Shown here in pieces: positions 1 to 11,799 of a DNA stretch of 64,000 bases. The position numbers and the translations under genes were made by a program. Numbering within the stretch: position 1 is the first letter of the stretch; each line of letters starts with the position of its first letter. The stretch covers positions 14,200,001 through 14,264,000 of the forward strand of contig NC_045698.1 in NCBI RefSeq assembly GCF_009834535.1. Reading direction: 5' to 3'. The notes beneath the pieces were generated by a model. It was not told where the DNA came from and did not search any database. It worked only from the letters and a program-made list of their open reading frames with translations. Origin of the DNA: Camelus ferus. Lineage: Eukaryota.

Positions 1-169
1 TTTATCTCATTTCTAATTAGTTATTAATGATATGTAGGAAATATATTCTAAACTTCAGAATGCATTCTATAAAATCAGTCAAACAATGTGTAAGTACAGA
101 GCTTTATGGAGATTCATTCCAATGTTGCTCATTGAAAATTTAGGAAAAATAACTGCCAATAAAAAGTTG

Positions 170-400
170 CTCAAATAAAATGGGTACAATGATGTTAAGA
201 ATTAATGAGCCAATAAAAATGATGTGGTATATGAACATTTAATTATGTGGAAAATGAGAAGAAATTATTGCTAAGTAAAATAGCATGTTATAAATGTTAT
301 GTATGGGGTGAATCAACGTAACTATATATATAATTAATAAAGGTCTGAACGGATACACACTAATTATTGACAATGTTCTCCTGAACATATTTTTATTAAA
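170..400 (+). mobile_element. Old L1 (L1ME-like) 3' UTR fragment
   Basis: Decayed similarity to the L1ME 3' end (atgtggaaaatg...attgctaagtaaaatagcatgttataa); boundaries approximate. Confidence 0.45.
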
Positions 401-416
401 AATAAAAACTTTAATA

Positions 417-734
417 CAGTTGTCCTTCTGTATGCATGGAAGATTGGTTCCAGGATGCCCTTGGATAGTAAAATCATCAGATGCTCAAGTCCCTTATATA
501 AAATGGTGTAGCATTTGCATATAACCTATGTGAATCCTCCTGTATACGTTAAATCATCTCTAGATTATGTATAATACGTAATACAATGCAAACACTATGT
601 AAACAGTTGCCAGTGCACAGAAAATTCAGGTTTTGCTTTTTGGAACCTTGTGGAAAATTATTTTTCCAAATATTTCCCAGCTGTGGTTTGTTGAATCAGA
701 TGATACAGAACTCGTGGACACAGAGGGCTGTCTA
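417..734 (+). mobile_element. MER2/MER2B non-autonomous TcMar-Tigger DNA transposon, full length
   Basis: Starts cagttgtccttctgtat, contains gatgctcaagtcccttatataaaatgg, ends agagggctgtcta; TA on both sides (415-416, 735-736). Confidence 0.9.
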
Positions 735-874
735 TACTAAGATTTTACAAGCTGTTATGTTTTTAGTGCAAAACTGCATTTTCCTCCTCTTTAATAAAGA
801 ATAATACAAGTATTTTAAAAAATATCAATAAAGGCTTTGTATAAGAGAAGCTGTCCAAAAATATCATTCTGAGT

Positions 875-1085
875 AAGTGGAGGAATCAAAACAGACTTTG
901 AAATCAAGCAGAGCAGGTTGAAAATCCTGGCTTGGCACTTACAAATTTGTGCTTTGGGAAATTTATTTAACTTCTGGGAGAAAATTTCCTCTATAAAATG
1001 TATAAAATAAAATAATCTCATAAGACTTGTGAGTATATTATTGTCTAGTCTTAAAACAACTTATAGTTTATATGATTACTATTGT
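875..1085 (+). mobile_element. MIR SINE
   Basis: aatcctggcttggcacttac...ttgggaaatttatttaacttct...tttcctctataaaatg matches the MIR core. Confidence 0.75.
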
Positions 1086-2063
1086 CATTTTTATTAATAT
1101 ACTGGACAAACCCTTGGAAATTTTATTTTGGTATTTGACAATAACTTTCTCTAATTACAAATCAACACATTATACTTTAAAAGTAGATATTTTACTACAT
1201 TCTTATGCAACTACTTTTTAACTGTTTATCCTTTAAGAAAGAAGAAATTATTTCAATAATTTTATAAATTTAAATTTATAACAGAAGAAAATATATAATC
1301 ATACATTTTCATTTTCGTTTATTATCTTTTCTGTTCACTCATTCCAAGAAATCTTTACCTTAACATGAGCCAAACTAATTATCTTTCAATTTATCTACTT
1401 ATATTTGAATCCCCTACATTAATTGCATCAGAAGCAAAGTGAGCTTTTAAGAATAAATCTTAAATCTGTTGTGGTTTCAGAAAGTCTGGACTTCTCACTG
1501 AATCTGGAACAAATATTCAGGTATGAAGTGGTATGTATTTAAAATATATTCAATAGAATAGAAATCACATAAAAAGTGTTAAAATATCTATGAAACCTAA
1601 ATTCAGAATACATTTCCTGATAGAATTTGAAATACTAGATGCAGATAATTTATAAATAAAATGTTAGACTAAAAATAAAACAGTGTTGATATTTTCTATA
1701 GTTAATATTATGACATTATGTAGAATAAATTGTAACTGCTCATTATCTTTCAATCACCGAATAAGGTACTTTTTCACATATTGTGTTTAAAGCATAAAAT
1801 GATGGAGTTATAGATCCCAGTATCTCAATCAAAAGCCAAATAAATAACATATGAACTATTAAAGGAATAATTAGTCTGTCTCAGAATAACATCATGACAC
1901 TCTAATTTTTTACCACATGTATCATTGTCTTGCAACTAGTTTTCCTGATTAACCAAAATATGGACATTAAGCCAGTACAGTATTAATTCAGCTCCAGTTC
2001 TTGTGAAACTATTAGGGCAAAATGACTTTAATTTTACCTTGTTCATAATCCTCTATGAAAAAA

Positions 2064-2520
2064 TGTGGTACTTTACCCCACTGACATGATGGAGGTTCAC
2101 TCCCCAGTCCTGAGTGTGGGCTAGGCTCAGTGGCCGATTTCTAATAATAGAATATGGTGGGGTGGATGGCATGCCACTTCTGAGATTGTGACAGGAAGAC
2201 TGCATTTAGCATCTTTCTCCTTTCTCCCTCCTCCTCGGATCACTCATTTTTGCAGCAGGTCAAAGCTGCCTTTCAGAGAAAGCCACGTATCAAAGTGCTG
2301 AGGACCTCAGTCCAACAATCCACGAGGAGCTTGGAAGTGGATTCTCCAGTCCCAATTAAGCCTTGAGATGAGGACAGGCCTATCCCACCACCATCCTGAG
2401 AGAGACCCTGAGCAAGAACCACCCAGCTGAGCCACTCCCAGATTCCTGGTCCTTAGAAATCATGTGAGATGATCACTGTCTGAAGCTGCCAAGTTTGAGG
2501 ACATATATGCAGGAAGAATA
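2064..2520 (+). mobile_element. ERVL-MaLR solo LTR (MLT1F/G-like)
   Basis: tgccacttctgagatt, gagcttggaagtggattctcc, gagagaccctgagc...acccagctgagccactcccagattcctg. Confidence 0.85.
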
Positions 2521-3067
2521 CAGACTGGATGCCCAGGTGCCACGGTGTGTGTTCCTTTGTCTCTCAGAACTTTAGTTTCCCATTTTCAAAAAGTCTTATT
2601 TATCTGTATCTTGCAGAGTAGTTCCAAAGTTTAACCCTTATCAAGCATCCTGTATTTATCAAATAAAATGGGCATACAGAGAATAATCAATAATAAATAG
2701 TGTACATTATGATTTTACCATCTGTATTATTGATTATTATTTCAAATATGTTTCTTTATATTAAAATATTCAAAACAGAAGGAATAAAGAATTCAATTGA
2801 AATGATTTCTGGATATCTCTACACAACAGCTTTACCCAACCAGGGTTTGACTTGGATAATTGTAATACTTTCCAAATCCACACAAAAATTAGACAAGCTA
2901 AAAATGAGCTACAAACTCAGTCACAGAATGTAAGCTATCTCCCCGTCATAATAAAGCGTTAGACATTTTTAAGCTAAAAATTGAAAGGGAAAGGGCTGTC
3001 ATAATATTTTTAGCTTCAGAATTTCTAATACCAGAAGGTTGGAATTTGTATTTTGTAAGTGACTAAC

Positions 3068-3118
3068 CTTGCGTTTGGAATAGCATCATTTCTGTCCTCC
3101 TCCCTCCCAAGTAATATA
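3068..3118 (-). other. Candidate 51-nt exon (phase 2-2 reading ILLGREEDRNDAIPNA)
   Basis: Minus-strand acceptor cactcttttctcag|T, donor AAG|gttagt; length is a multiple of 3; purine-rich body. Confidence 0.25.
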
Positions 3119-6100
3119 CTGAGAAAAGAGTGTGCTTTGTTACCTCCTCGCTTGTAAGTGGTTTTGAAAATGCAGTTGAAAACAAAAGTTTACGTGTCTT
3201 ATTATGAACAGAGCAACATATCACACTATTTTGGTAGTTAACATACAAAACAATGACACATTATGGAAATTTTTAAAGATGTAACCAGGAGCTCCAACTC
3301 TTACACTAGTTTTTTCAGTAATACAAGTAAAGTTGCTTTTGTGTGTGTGTGATTTTTTCCTTTGTTTTGAAGGACTGTACATTTAAATCATCCACATAGA
3401 ATTTTGCAATACAAGGACAGAACTCAGTCAAGCAGCTGCAGAAGATTCTGCTTGTCTCTAAGAGAGAAACAAAGAAAGTCCCCATTCCTCCCATTACTGT
3501 AGAAAACACAGTGGGTTCCTTCCAAATCACATTTGAACAAAATGGGCTGCGGTCTGGAAAAAGTTACAAGCTTCCTAAATATTTTTTGTTGTTGTTATTT
3601 GCTGGATAAAATAATTGAAATACCTGGTATCTGAACTGTTTCTTGTGCTAGACAATTTAATGGTTCAATGTTATGAGAGGCTTTATCCCATAAGACTAAT
3701 CTAATAAACTATAGGAAAATAGAAGGATTTATATGTGTAACACTCAAGTAGTCAAAACTCGGTAGGATTGGGAATCCTGGGAGATACTTGAGGTGATGAG
3801 AGAGAAGCATATGCATCTATCTTAGGAAAAAATCCACAAATCAGTAAGCTTTCAGATAATGTGACACCAACATCACTTCTCTGTGTCTCACCCAGCTGTG
3901 CACATTAGTTAACTGGCTAAATAAGTACTGCTTTTGGCTTCTGCTCTTTTCATCTGAAAAATAATACTTAACTATGATCTTGAAATATCTTCTTGTGACC
4001 AATGCTCTCTCATTGTGATACTCAAGAGTTACTCTGATTATTATCCAGTTATGATATTTACTTTCCTGAATTTATAAAAAACATATTTTTGTATTGTGGA
4101 GGGAAGAGGTCTTTCGTTCCTTTGAGTACATGATGACAGTTAAGGGTCTGCTTTCTTGAAGAACGCAGATGTACAAAAATGACCACAAAACAGAATACAG
4201 TATTAAAGGCAAGTCTGAGAGAGAACCGTAAGATTTATGAAGATCTTGTAACTGCAAATGGTTTCTCTCTGAGAGATGTTTCTCCATCCTGATAAAAGGC
4301 CTCAATTTATATTACTGAAGTGGGAGCTTCTGAAAGGTGAGTCTGGAGAAAGGCAGGCAGAACTGTGCAAGCAATTGGAGATACAAAGAAGAAAGATGAA
4401 GTTCAAGTGCTCCAATTTCCAGGTGAGAAATTGGAAACTGTTTCCCAAAGAAGCAGCTGGATAAATAATGGCCGGGTTCTATCATAATACTGGGGCTACA
4501 TTTTAATTACATTTTGATTTAGGTAGACTCTTGCAGGTTGGCTTTGTGTCCTAACCACATTCATCACGCTTGTTTTATGGGGAAATACATTCCAAATTCT
4601 AACAGTGGCTTACAAATGAACTTGTAGAACACAACCTGTTTGCAATTGGGGAATGACTTGTAATTCTTTATTTTTATTAATGGTTCATTAAAAATATCAG
4701 AAGTGGAACAAAGAATGAACAATTAGAACTATAGCATATTTATAATAAATTTACAGTATGTCTATGTATATTATGATTTACAGTTTAGAATATCAATTTT
4801 TTGGAAGTTTTTCTCATCTTTCATCAAAAGAATTGCAACATCAGTTATAGGTAAGTTGAAACATCTGTTTATTTCTTTACTTCTATATACCTTTTTTAAA
4901 ATCTTTTTAAAAAGTTTGTTACACAATGGAAACTGTTGGTTAGCACAGACCAGTTGGGTCTCAGGCCATGAAAAACTGTATTAAAGTTAACTGTATTAAA
5001 ATTAAAGGACTTGTGAATTATCAAAACTGAAGGCTGACAGAGAACCCAGAAAAAAGTGACAAATCAGTTAGATTTACGTAGTGTCACTGCATTTGGTGCT
5101 CTTCAACATTTTTTTCCAAATAAGAAGAAACTCAAAATGTAAGCACTAAGACGAGTCATCCTTAGTGATACCACTTATGTTTTCTAAACAGTTATAACCT
5201 AAAGCTAATACACTTACCTATAAGAATTAGCAAACTATGTATTTTCCTCTAGTCATTAATATACTCCTCAACAATATGTGCTTTTGGACATTAAACTTCA
5301 ATTTAATAGTCCCTAGATATAGTGGAAGAAAGAATTCATTAATTAATGAACAGCTAATGATCTGAAAAATGAAAACCAGATGTCAATAGTTCTCACATCT
5401 AGTAATACGAGATGGAAAGATAATGAAATTTGGTACAGATTCTCTGATGATAGGGATTTCATAGGACTAATAAATCTAATCCATAGGCATTAACTATATC
5501 AGTCTCATAATTAATAAAAAAGGTTCAAATAAACACCATCTCCACCTCTTGATCCTTCCCATTAATATAAAGTTTCAATGTGTAATATATGTTAAAATCT
5601 TAAAGTTTCATGTAAAATACCAAAACGCAAGTTTGCAAATTATTAGACTGAGTTTATCTACACTTATATCTACATATATAAAATATATGTGTTTACCATA
5701 TCAAAGATAATTCTTATTAACATAAACAGAATAATAGTGAGAAGTTCTACACCTTAATAACATACCACAACTCTCTATCCCTTTTTGCAAATAGCATCAA
5801 AACGAACCATCCACAGTATCCAAATTCTAAGACTTTATACAAGATAGTTTTGAAGCGCTATTCAAACTTGTTGAATTCTGAGAAATATACTCAAAAAAGT
5901 ATTCCAGCTCATTCATTTTCTCAAAATATCATAGGGACTATGTAAATAGAAAATATGGTCAACACTGTATCACTCTAAGATAAATTATTAGAGACCAAAT
6001 ATTTGAGAATATAAATATATCCATGATTGGTCCCAGGTAATGACCAATAAATTAAACCAACAACTCACCGAAATACAACAGTCATCTGCCCAAGTCAGTC

Positions 6101-6217
6101 TGTCTGTCTCTCTAACCTATCACATACACCAGCTGTTAGAAGTTGGTAACTAAAGTATAATGACGCATCACTTTATAGATAAAGATCAATGAAAAGAATG
6201 GAATGCCCAGTGCTTAC

Positions 6218-6253
6218 TGGTTAATGATCGATGATTTGCCTACCATTGCATTC
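6218..6253 (-). other. Candidate 36-nt exon (only open frame NAMVGKSSIIN, phase 2-2)
   Basis: Minus-strand acceptor tgctctctttaaatttcag|G, donor CCA|gtaagc; non-repetitive flanks. Confidence 0.3.
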
Positions 6254-7834
6254 CTGAAATTTAAAGAGAGCAAGTTGATTGCTCAAATGTATCCACTAAT
6301 ACAAAGAGAGAGTCTTGTTTACTTTGTCTTTGTGGCCACCTTTCCTTCAATAGGTGCTCAAAAATACCAATACAGCAAGATCTCTTCATTAAAAAAAAAA
6401 ATCCATGGTTATATATGTCTGTAAACCCACTTCTGTACATCGACAAACAATACACTTTGTACTTCAGCTGGAAATCATAGCATTATAAAAATCTAAATAA
6501 CTTTATAAAGAAATCATGATGACAAATAGTTTTATGGATTTTTCTCTACTATTATTTCTAATAATTTTGTTTCTAAGCCACAACCAATTGATCTAAAAAG
6601 TTAGGAGAAGCATTTTCACAAAGGGAATTGCTATACAATTATATCATTGTACTTTGCATTAGTTAATTTACTCAGTGAATTTACTAAATGCAAAGATTAT
6701 ATTAATGTCTTGAACTTTATAAATACTATTTTCAACCAACTACTCACTCAATATTCAAAAGCAATATTCAAATTTTGACTCAAAACAGAATAACATCTTA
6801 TACTTAGTAGCCAGATATATATATCTATATAGAGATAGATATATAGATATATAGCTAGATATGTGCTTTAAAGTCTTTGAATGCAAGACTTAAGAGTTAA
6901 TTGGAAATGGCTTACTAATATATAATTTGCCTTTATTATTTCTCAATGATGTATCCTAGCAACAATGAAAGGTTAGTCTTTTCTTTGAGATCTGCTCTTC
7001 TGGGTAAGGAAATAAAAATCTTGTTTCAGAAGGCTTATTTACTATCATTGTAAACGTTGTCAGAAATACATAATCACTCGTTTAAATATTTTTAATGAGA
7101 CATAAAGGCCAACAGAACTAAACTAATATGACTAAACATTCAATGGAAAATGAAATTCAAGTACTCAGATATTTCAAAGCAAGATTGTTTTGACAGATTC
7201 TAACATTGACAATGACGTTTCTAGACATGTGCATGAAAACTTTAATCTCATTTAATTAAAAATATTTCTCTATGGTATGAACATCTTCCACACTCTTAAC
7301 CTAAAGTTATATATGCACTATGGGAAGTCAAGAGAAAAAACTGTTATATTTTATACATACTAAGAAAAATACACACAAACTTGAATCTAAAATATTCAAA
7401 AAGATGTTAATATTTTCTACAGTAAAATGTTACTCCTCTAAAAAGAATTTGTATAATTTTAGGAACTTTGCTTTCTGGCCATTGGAGGCTACTGAAATAT
7501 TTTTTAAAATTCTAGAATTTATTCATGCCCTTCCAGATTGTTGACAACTCTTGCTGACAGAGTATGCTGTTCGTGCATGCCAAAGACACCAGCAACCTGT
7601 GGTCAGCTGTTGACCTGTTTTCATCTGAGCTGAGATTTCATTCCTTCCAAGTAAGCAGTGCTATAAGGACCATCATTTACAGTGGTAAAATTTAATTATA
7701 TTTTATCAGCCCTGAATGCTAACACAAAATCTAATATTGAAATATGATTGCTCGAGAGCATGTTTGCCTAAATCCAAAATGAAATAAAATATTGATGTCT
7801 AGTTACTAGGTTGAATATTTATGCTAAAAGGCAG

Positions 7835-7990
7835 ATCAGCACAGCGGGTAAAAGCAATCTTTAGTGTCAGGCGGTCAGACCTGGGTTCACAGTCTGGCTC
7901 AGCTGTGAATTAGCTCCATCTTGTTAACTTGGGCACATCTCCTCACCTCAGAAGCATCAGCTTTATTTACTACCCAGTGAGAATCATAAT
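7835..7990 (+). mobile_element. MIR SINE
   Basis: gtcagacctgggttca...ttgggcacatctcctcacctc. Confidence 0.75.
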
Positions 7991-9379
7991 AGTGCAGAGA
8001 AGAGAAGCTGGTGTTTTCTACATTTATTGAGGAAACACAACATACAATGACATTTATCATAGTGAACTGAAACCCACTGGTCAGCAACTCTGAAATCTTT
8101 CTAAGAGTATCTCACCCACATAAATAAATGAAACAAGGAAGTAAAGAGGTTTCTTCCATGTCTGTTATGCTGGAACTCTTTGGTGAATGTTATTTTTATT
8201 TTAATTATTATTGCATTAGAAGTCTGATGCCAAAGATGACCAGTAGGTGAAATGGCAAAAACAAACAAACAAACAAAATATAAAATATACATGTTGATAT
8301 CTGTCTGTAGTAGTTATTTACTTCAGGTCTGCAGAAAATGATTCTAGTAAAGTAGAGGTGTAAACTTATTTGGTGTGTGTCTTGAATTTACCTTCACTTA
8401 AATAGTTATTTTAACAGAAGAAAGGAAAAAACATCTCCAACTATCATCCGTCTATACATCTCCGAGCAGACACATTTGCCCTTCCCACCCTTTATAGTAT
8501 GTGACAGTAAATATATAAAGAATTTGGTAATCAAAATAAAATAAGTGCAGTGTGCAGAGGCCTGGTGCCTTCCTTGTTTTCTTTTTGGGGGTAATCACTA
8601 CAATTTAAAAATGTTTGAATTGTGTGCTATTTTCCTCTTCTCTTCCACACGTGCACGTGGACTTCAGTTCAGTCTGAGTTCATTCTTGCTGTGGCAAACA
8701 CACTTCAGGGGTCCACTAAACAGATTTTCTCCTCTGTTAATGTATCAGTTAACCTTCAAAATATGAATAGTTTATTTTCTTCTCAGGAAATAAATCAGTC
8801 CCAATGTTGCTCAATAACTGTGGCCAGAATGGGATGTAATAAGGGGGAAATAGAAAAAGTGCCACTTGCAAATTGGTGTTATTTACATGTATTGAGGAAA
8901 TACAACATACTATGAAATATATCCTAGCGAACTGGAACCCAGATTAGTCGGCAATACCGCAATCATTCTTTTGAAGTGTCTGCACTACCTAAATAAAAGC
9001 AAGTCTGCCCAGGTTTAGATTGCCCCGGGGTGCACACAAACACATCTTCCTTGAGGATCCAGCAGCAGTAGCCTGTGCTCCATTAAACTCTGTATTATAC
9101 ACGGACATTGTGGGGATTTATTCGCTTTTCCTATCTTGAGAATTTGACTCTCACCCTTGCATTCTTGTATGTACATTACTTTATAGATTCACAAATGGAT
9201 ATGGTCAGAGATGTTTCTAGGCCATCAATCAATACTCCTTTACTTATATGAATAATTAAAAAACTTTATAAGTGTGATGAGAAGGAAACTGGGAGACAAA
9301 ATGAGTCCTCTAAGAACGTATCGCACTGCAAAAATCAAGTAAAATACAAACACGTCTGAAGGCAATACATACTCTAACC

Positions 9380-11040
9380 ATCTATTCAAAGGGAAGGCCC
9401 ACTATGTGTCCTAAAACTTGGAAGTGGAACGTGCACTGACTAGAGAGAGATCTTACTCTCTGGGATCTTACAGTCTGGGTGGTGGGGTGAGGATAGATAT
9501 CAATTCAATAACCACGTAATCAATTATCATCCTCAAATATTCTAAATGCTAGAAGGAAATGTATAGAGAAACCACATACAGGAGGATTTACTCTGGCCTG
9601 GGGAAGATATCCACCCAGGAGCAGAAGTGACATCTAGACTGAAATGTAAGTATCTACTAAGTAAGCAGAGTGGAGGCAGGGGAGAGATTCCAGGCAGCGC
9701 ACAGAGCATCCTCAAATGCCTGCAAGCATTAAGACCCTGAGAGAGGACTGTACGCGGCTGCCTCTTGAGAGAGCACGTGGTGGGGGAGGGGTGAGTCAGC
9801 TGGGAGTAGACACTGGAGACCTAGTGGGTGTCAGCTCCAGGCCACATTTCAGATTCTTATCCCCAAAGAGGGAAAAGCCATGGAATGATATTTCAGAGCT
9901 TAGTGTCATGATCAGATTCACAGTCTTTTGAAAAACATCTCTCTTCTCTTGTAGCAAAGGATAGAGAGGGAGTTACGAGTTCAGATAAAGCAGGATGGTG
10001 GTTTGAACGAGGGGGTCGTTGGTGAAGACAAGAGAGAAGGGGGAAGATTCCAGAGATTATTAGGCGATAATATCTGTTACAGATTAAATGTTTGCACACT
10101 TCCAAAATTCATCTGTTAAAGCCCCAACTCCCCATTTGGAAGTGGGGCCTTTGGGAGGTAATTCGGTTTAGATGGGGTCGTGAGGATGGGGCCCCCATGA
10201 AGAGATCAGCGTCCCTGTAGGAGGAAGAGAATGACACCCGGAACTAAATCTGCCGGATCTTCCACTGCAGACTTCCCAGTCGCCAGGACCGTGAGAAATA
10301 AATGCCTGTTGTTTAAAACACCTTGTTCGTAGCATTTTGTTGCAGGTCTCTGAGCTAAGACAACAGCGACAGAAGAGGTGAGCTGAATACAGGAGCAGGG
10401 AGTTGACAAGGTTATTTTCAGATACCGTGCTTGAGCAATAGATACCACAGAGGAGGTAAGCCAAGGAAGGGCCTACGTTCAGGCTGGGGGGCAAGGGGCG
10501 GTGGCCACACATCCCTATGGGAGGTACTCGAGCTGTCTCTGAGATTCAAAGTCAGCCAAGCAGCTAGATTTACGGATCTGGGAACCAGAGAAGGCATCAT
10601 GGTTAGAGATTCTCTTTGGGAGTCATTGATTCTAGATAATTAAAGGCATGTGTGAGTGTATTCAGGAAGAGAGCACCGTGTAAGGAAAAAAGAGACCAAG
10701 GACTGTTTAGCCATTAATGACCTACGATGTTTAAAAGCTTAGTAAAATCAAAGGCGATTCAAAGGAGAAGCCACAGAGCGAGGGGCGAGGCAGGAGGTGC
10801 AGTGTGTCGACTTCACCTGAGGTTTTCTCGAAGGAAGAGACAAAATGCATCAGTGTCTGAGCCTCTGAGAGATCAAGGGAGAAGAAAACTGAAGAGCGCA
10901 CATGTATTTAGTCACCTGGAGGACGTGGTCACCCTAAAAGTAATCACTGTAGTGCAGCAACGAGGCCAGATAACTGACTGGAGTGGGGAGGGGACAGTGT
11001 CCAATTTACAAGAGTATGAGGAAATGATTTCTGGCTGAAA
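9380..11040 (-). mobile_element. L2 LINE fragments, interrupted by an MLT1A LTR
   Basis: Purine-rich antisense L2 motifs (cttacagtct, gagattccaggcag, gggaaaagccatggaatgat, atgatcagatt, gatttgggagtcat-like). Confidence 0.75.
10075..10362 (+). mobile_element. ERVL-MaLR solo LTR (MLT1A-like)
   Basis: TG...CA ends; ggggcctttgggaggtaatt, gtgagaaataaatg, ctaagaca terminus. Confidence 0.9.
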
Positions 11041-11496
11041 CTAATTTAAAGATCATCTTTGAGTTTTTCTATGTCAGTGTTCCCCTCCATCCCAGAAATA
11101 TTATTCCACTTACAAGTGAGGGAAGAAGCCTTGCATTATTCTGCTAATAACCAATCAGTGTTATGAATTCATAGGCAGCAGATGTTAGGGAAAGATAACG
11201 TGTTCGTGGAATGAGGATGAAAAACGGCAGACAGACTTGGAGCTTAGCCTGGGGAATGGGCAGGACCAAGGGCGATGCAGTGGGTAACAGCACTCGATGC
11301 CACAGTGCACAAAGGGAGAAGGGCAGATGTTTCTGACAGTGCGAAGACACTGAGCATGAGGGTTCCTTACAAGGAAACTGAACCCCGAGCCTGAGGAAGT
11401 TAGTGCTCGCCAAAGGATTCTAGACATTTCTTAGAGATAGTGAGGAGCCTCTGAAGCATTTGGTCAGGCAAGTGGCTGGAAGAATATGAGTATTTT

Positions 11497-11799
11497 AAAA
11501 AAACAAAGCATAAATACAATACAGATATAGACTCATAGACATAGAATACAAACTTGTGGTTGCCAAGGGGGCGGGGGGTGGGAAGGGACAGACTGGGATT
11601 TCAAAATTGTAGAATAGATAAACAAGATTATACTGTATAGCACAGGGAAATATACACAAGATCTTATGGTAGCTCACAGAGAAAAAAATGTGACAATGAA
11701 TATATATATGTTCATGTATAACTGAAAAATTGTGCTCTACACTGGAATTTGACACATTGTAAAATGATTATAAATCAATAAAAATGTTAAAAAAAAAAA
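11497..11799 (+). mobile_element. Young camelid-type L1, 5'-truncated 3' end with poly(A)
   Basis: aaacttgtggttgccaagggg, G-rich tract, tactgtatagcacagggaaatata, AATAAA and A tail; closely matches copies at 39537 and 49613. Confidence 0.92.

Noticed and set aside
6813..6862. Palindromic AT/GATA tract
   Set aside because: Self-complementarity is a trivial property of (AT)n microsatellites
11566..11587. G-quadruplex motif
   Set aside because: Standard G-rich tract of the L1 3' UTR, not locus-specific
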